DNA of 64,000 nt, taken from assembly GCA_016939335.1 (NCBI GenBank), contig JAFGHC010000039.1, positions 2,376 through 66,375 of the forward strand. Direction: 5' to 3'. Positions within the stretch are counted from its first letter, which is position 1. Each line of letters begins with the position of its first letter. The position numbers and the translations under genes were made by a program. Origin of the DNA: Candidatus Saganbacteria bacterium (GTDB taxonomy: Bacteria; Margulisbacteria; WOR-1; O2-12-FULL-45-9; XYB2-FULL-48-7). Below, piece after piece: positions 63,937 to 64,000 of this stretch. Below the pieces are notes generated by a model that saw only the letters and a list, made by a program, of their open reading frames with translations, was not told where the DNA came from and did no database searches.

Positions 63937-64000
63937 AAGCTAAAAGAGCGGTCGAACATTTTATCGGGAGAGGGGGGCGGGGGCGGCTTAATTGCGCGCA

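Overview
This 64-kb window is high-GC (~63%) bacterial chromosome that is gene-dense on both strands. It most likely comes from an uncultivated anaerobic diderm; the phylum cannot be assigned from sequence alone. The diderm call rests on an SLH-anchored outer-membrane beta-barrel, PorV/FadL-like barrels, a T9SS-type C-terminal sorting domain, and a HydG-like radical-SAM maturase. I see no rRNA, CRISPR array, integrase or transposase.

Housekeeping backbone:
- tRNA-Met, two tRNA-Val and tRNA-Ala.
- The dnaG-rpoD operon, a dGTPase-like HD protein, ppdK, rsfS, an LCP protein and yqeK.
- A nucleotide-sugar/cell-wall cluster: Gfo/Idh/MocA oxidoreductase, a radical SAM enzyme, two sugar nucleotidyltransferases and a GlmM-like mutase.
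- A GAF-PAS histidine kinase next to an NtrC-like regulator with a degenerate ATPase.
- AmmeMemoRadiSam proteins A and B, argCJB, gltX, a fusion of a PorV/FadL-like barrel with SppA, ftsL-rsmH and trpC.
- An NHL propeller protein, a HIT protein, ybaB, typA, greA, uppP and a LOG-family protein.
- An ArfB-like/alpha-beta-hydrolase fusion and DUF167.
- A surface/outer-membrane cluster: collagen-like protein, T9SS-CTD cargo, PorV-like barrel with three SLH domains, a lipoprotein and DUF481.
- zupT, feoAB and a DtxR-like regulator.
- A roughly 10-kb Fe-S/metallocofactor-type island: DUF134, DUF5320, two NifX-like proteins, thioredoxin, a J-domain protein, a methyltransferase, ferredoxin, a CGGC protein, TsaA, an NrdG-like activase, an FAD disulfide oxidoreductase, a COG0731-type radical SAM, HydG-like, a broken Mrp/ApbC and a ferredoxin-containing MinD-like ATPase.

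The most notable non-genic signal is at least five families of small dispersed repeats. In places their sequence runs into start-proximal codons, lies in-frame inside essential genes (argC, rsmH), or splits a gene (mrp). Other observations worth a second look:
- A roughly 780-bp two-gene insertion at the 3' end of argB, flanked by 38-bp direct repeats.
- A tandem pair of unknown paralogs sitting in G4-prone purine-rich palindromic repeats.
- A low-GC orphan gene between the nucleotidyltransferase and the histidine kinase.
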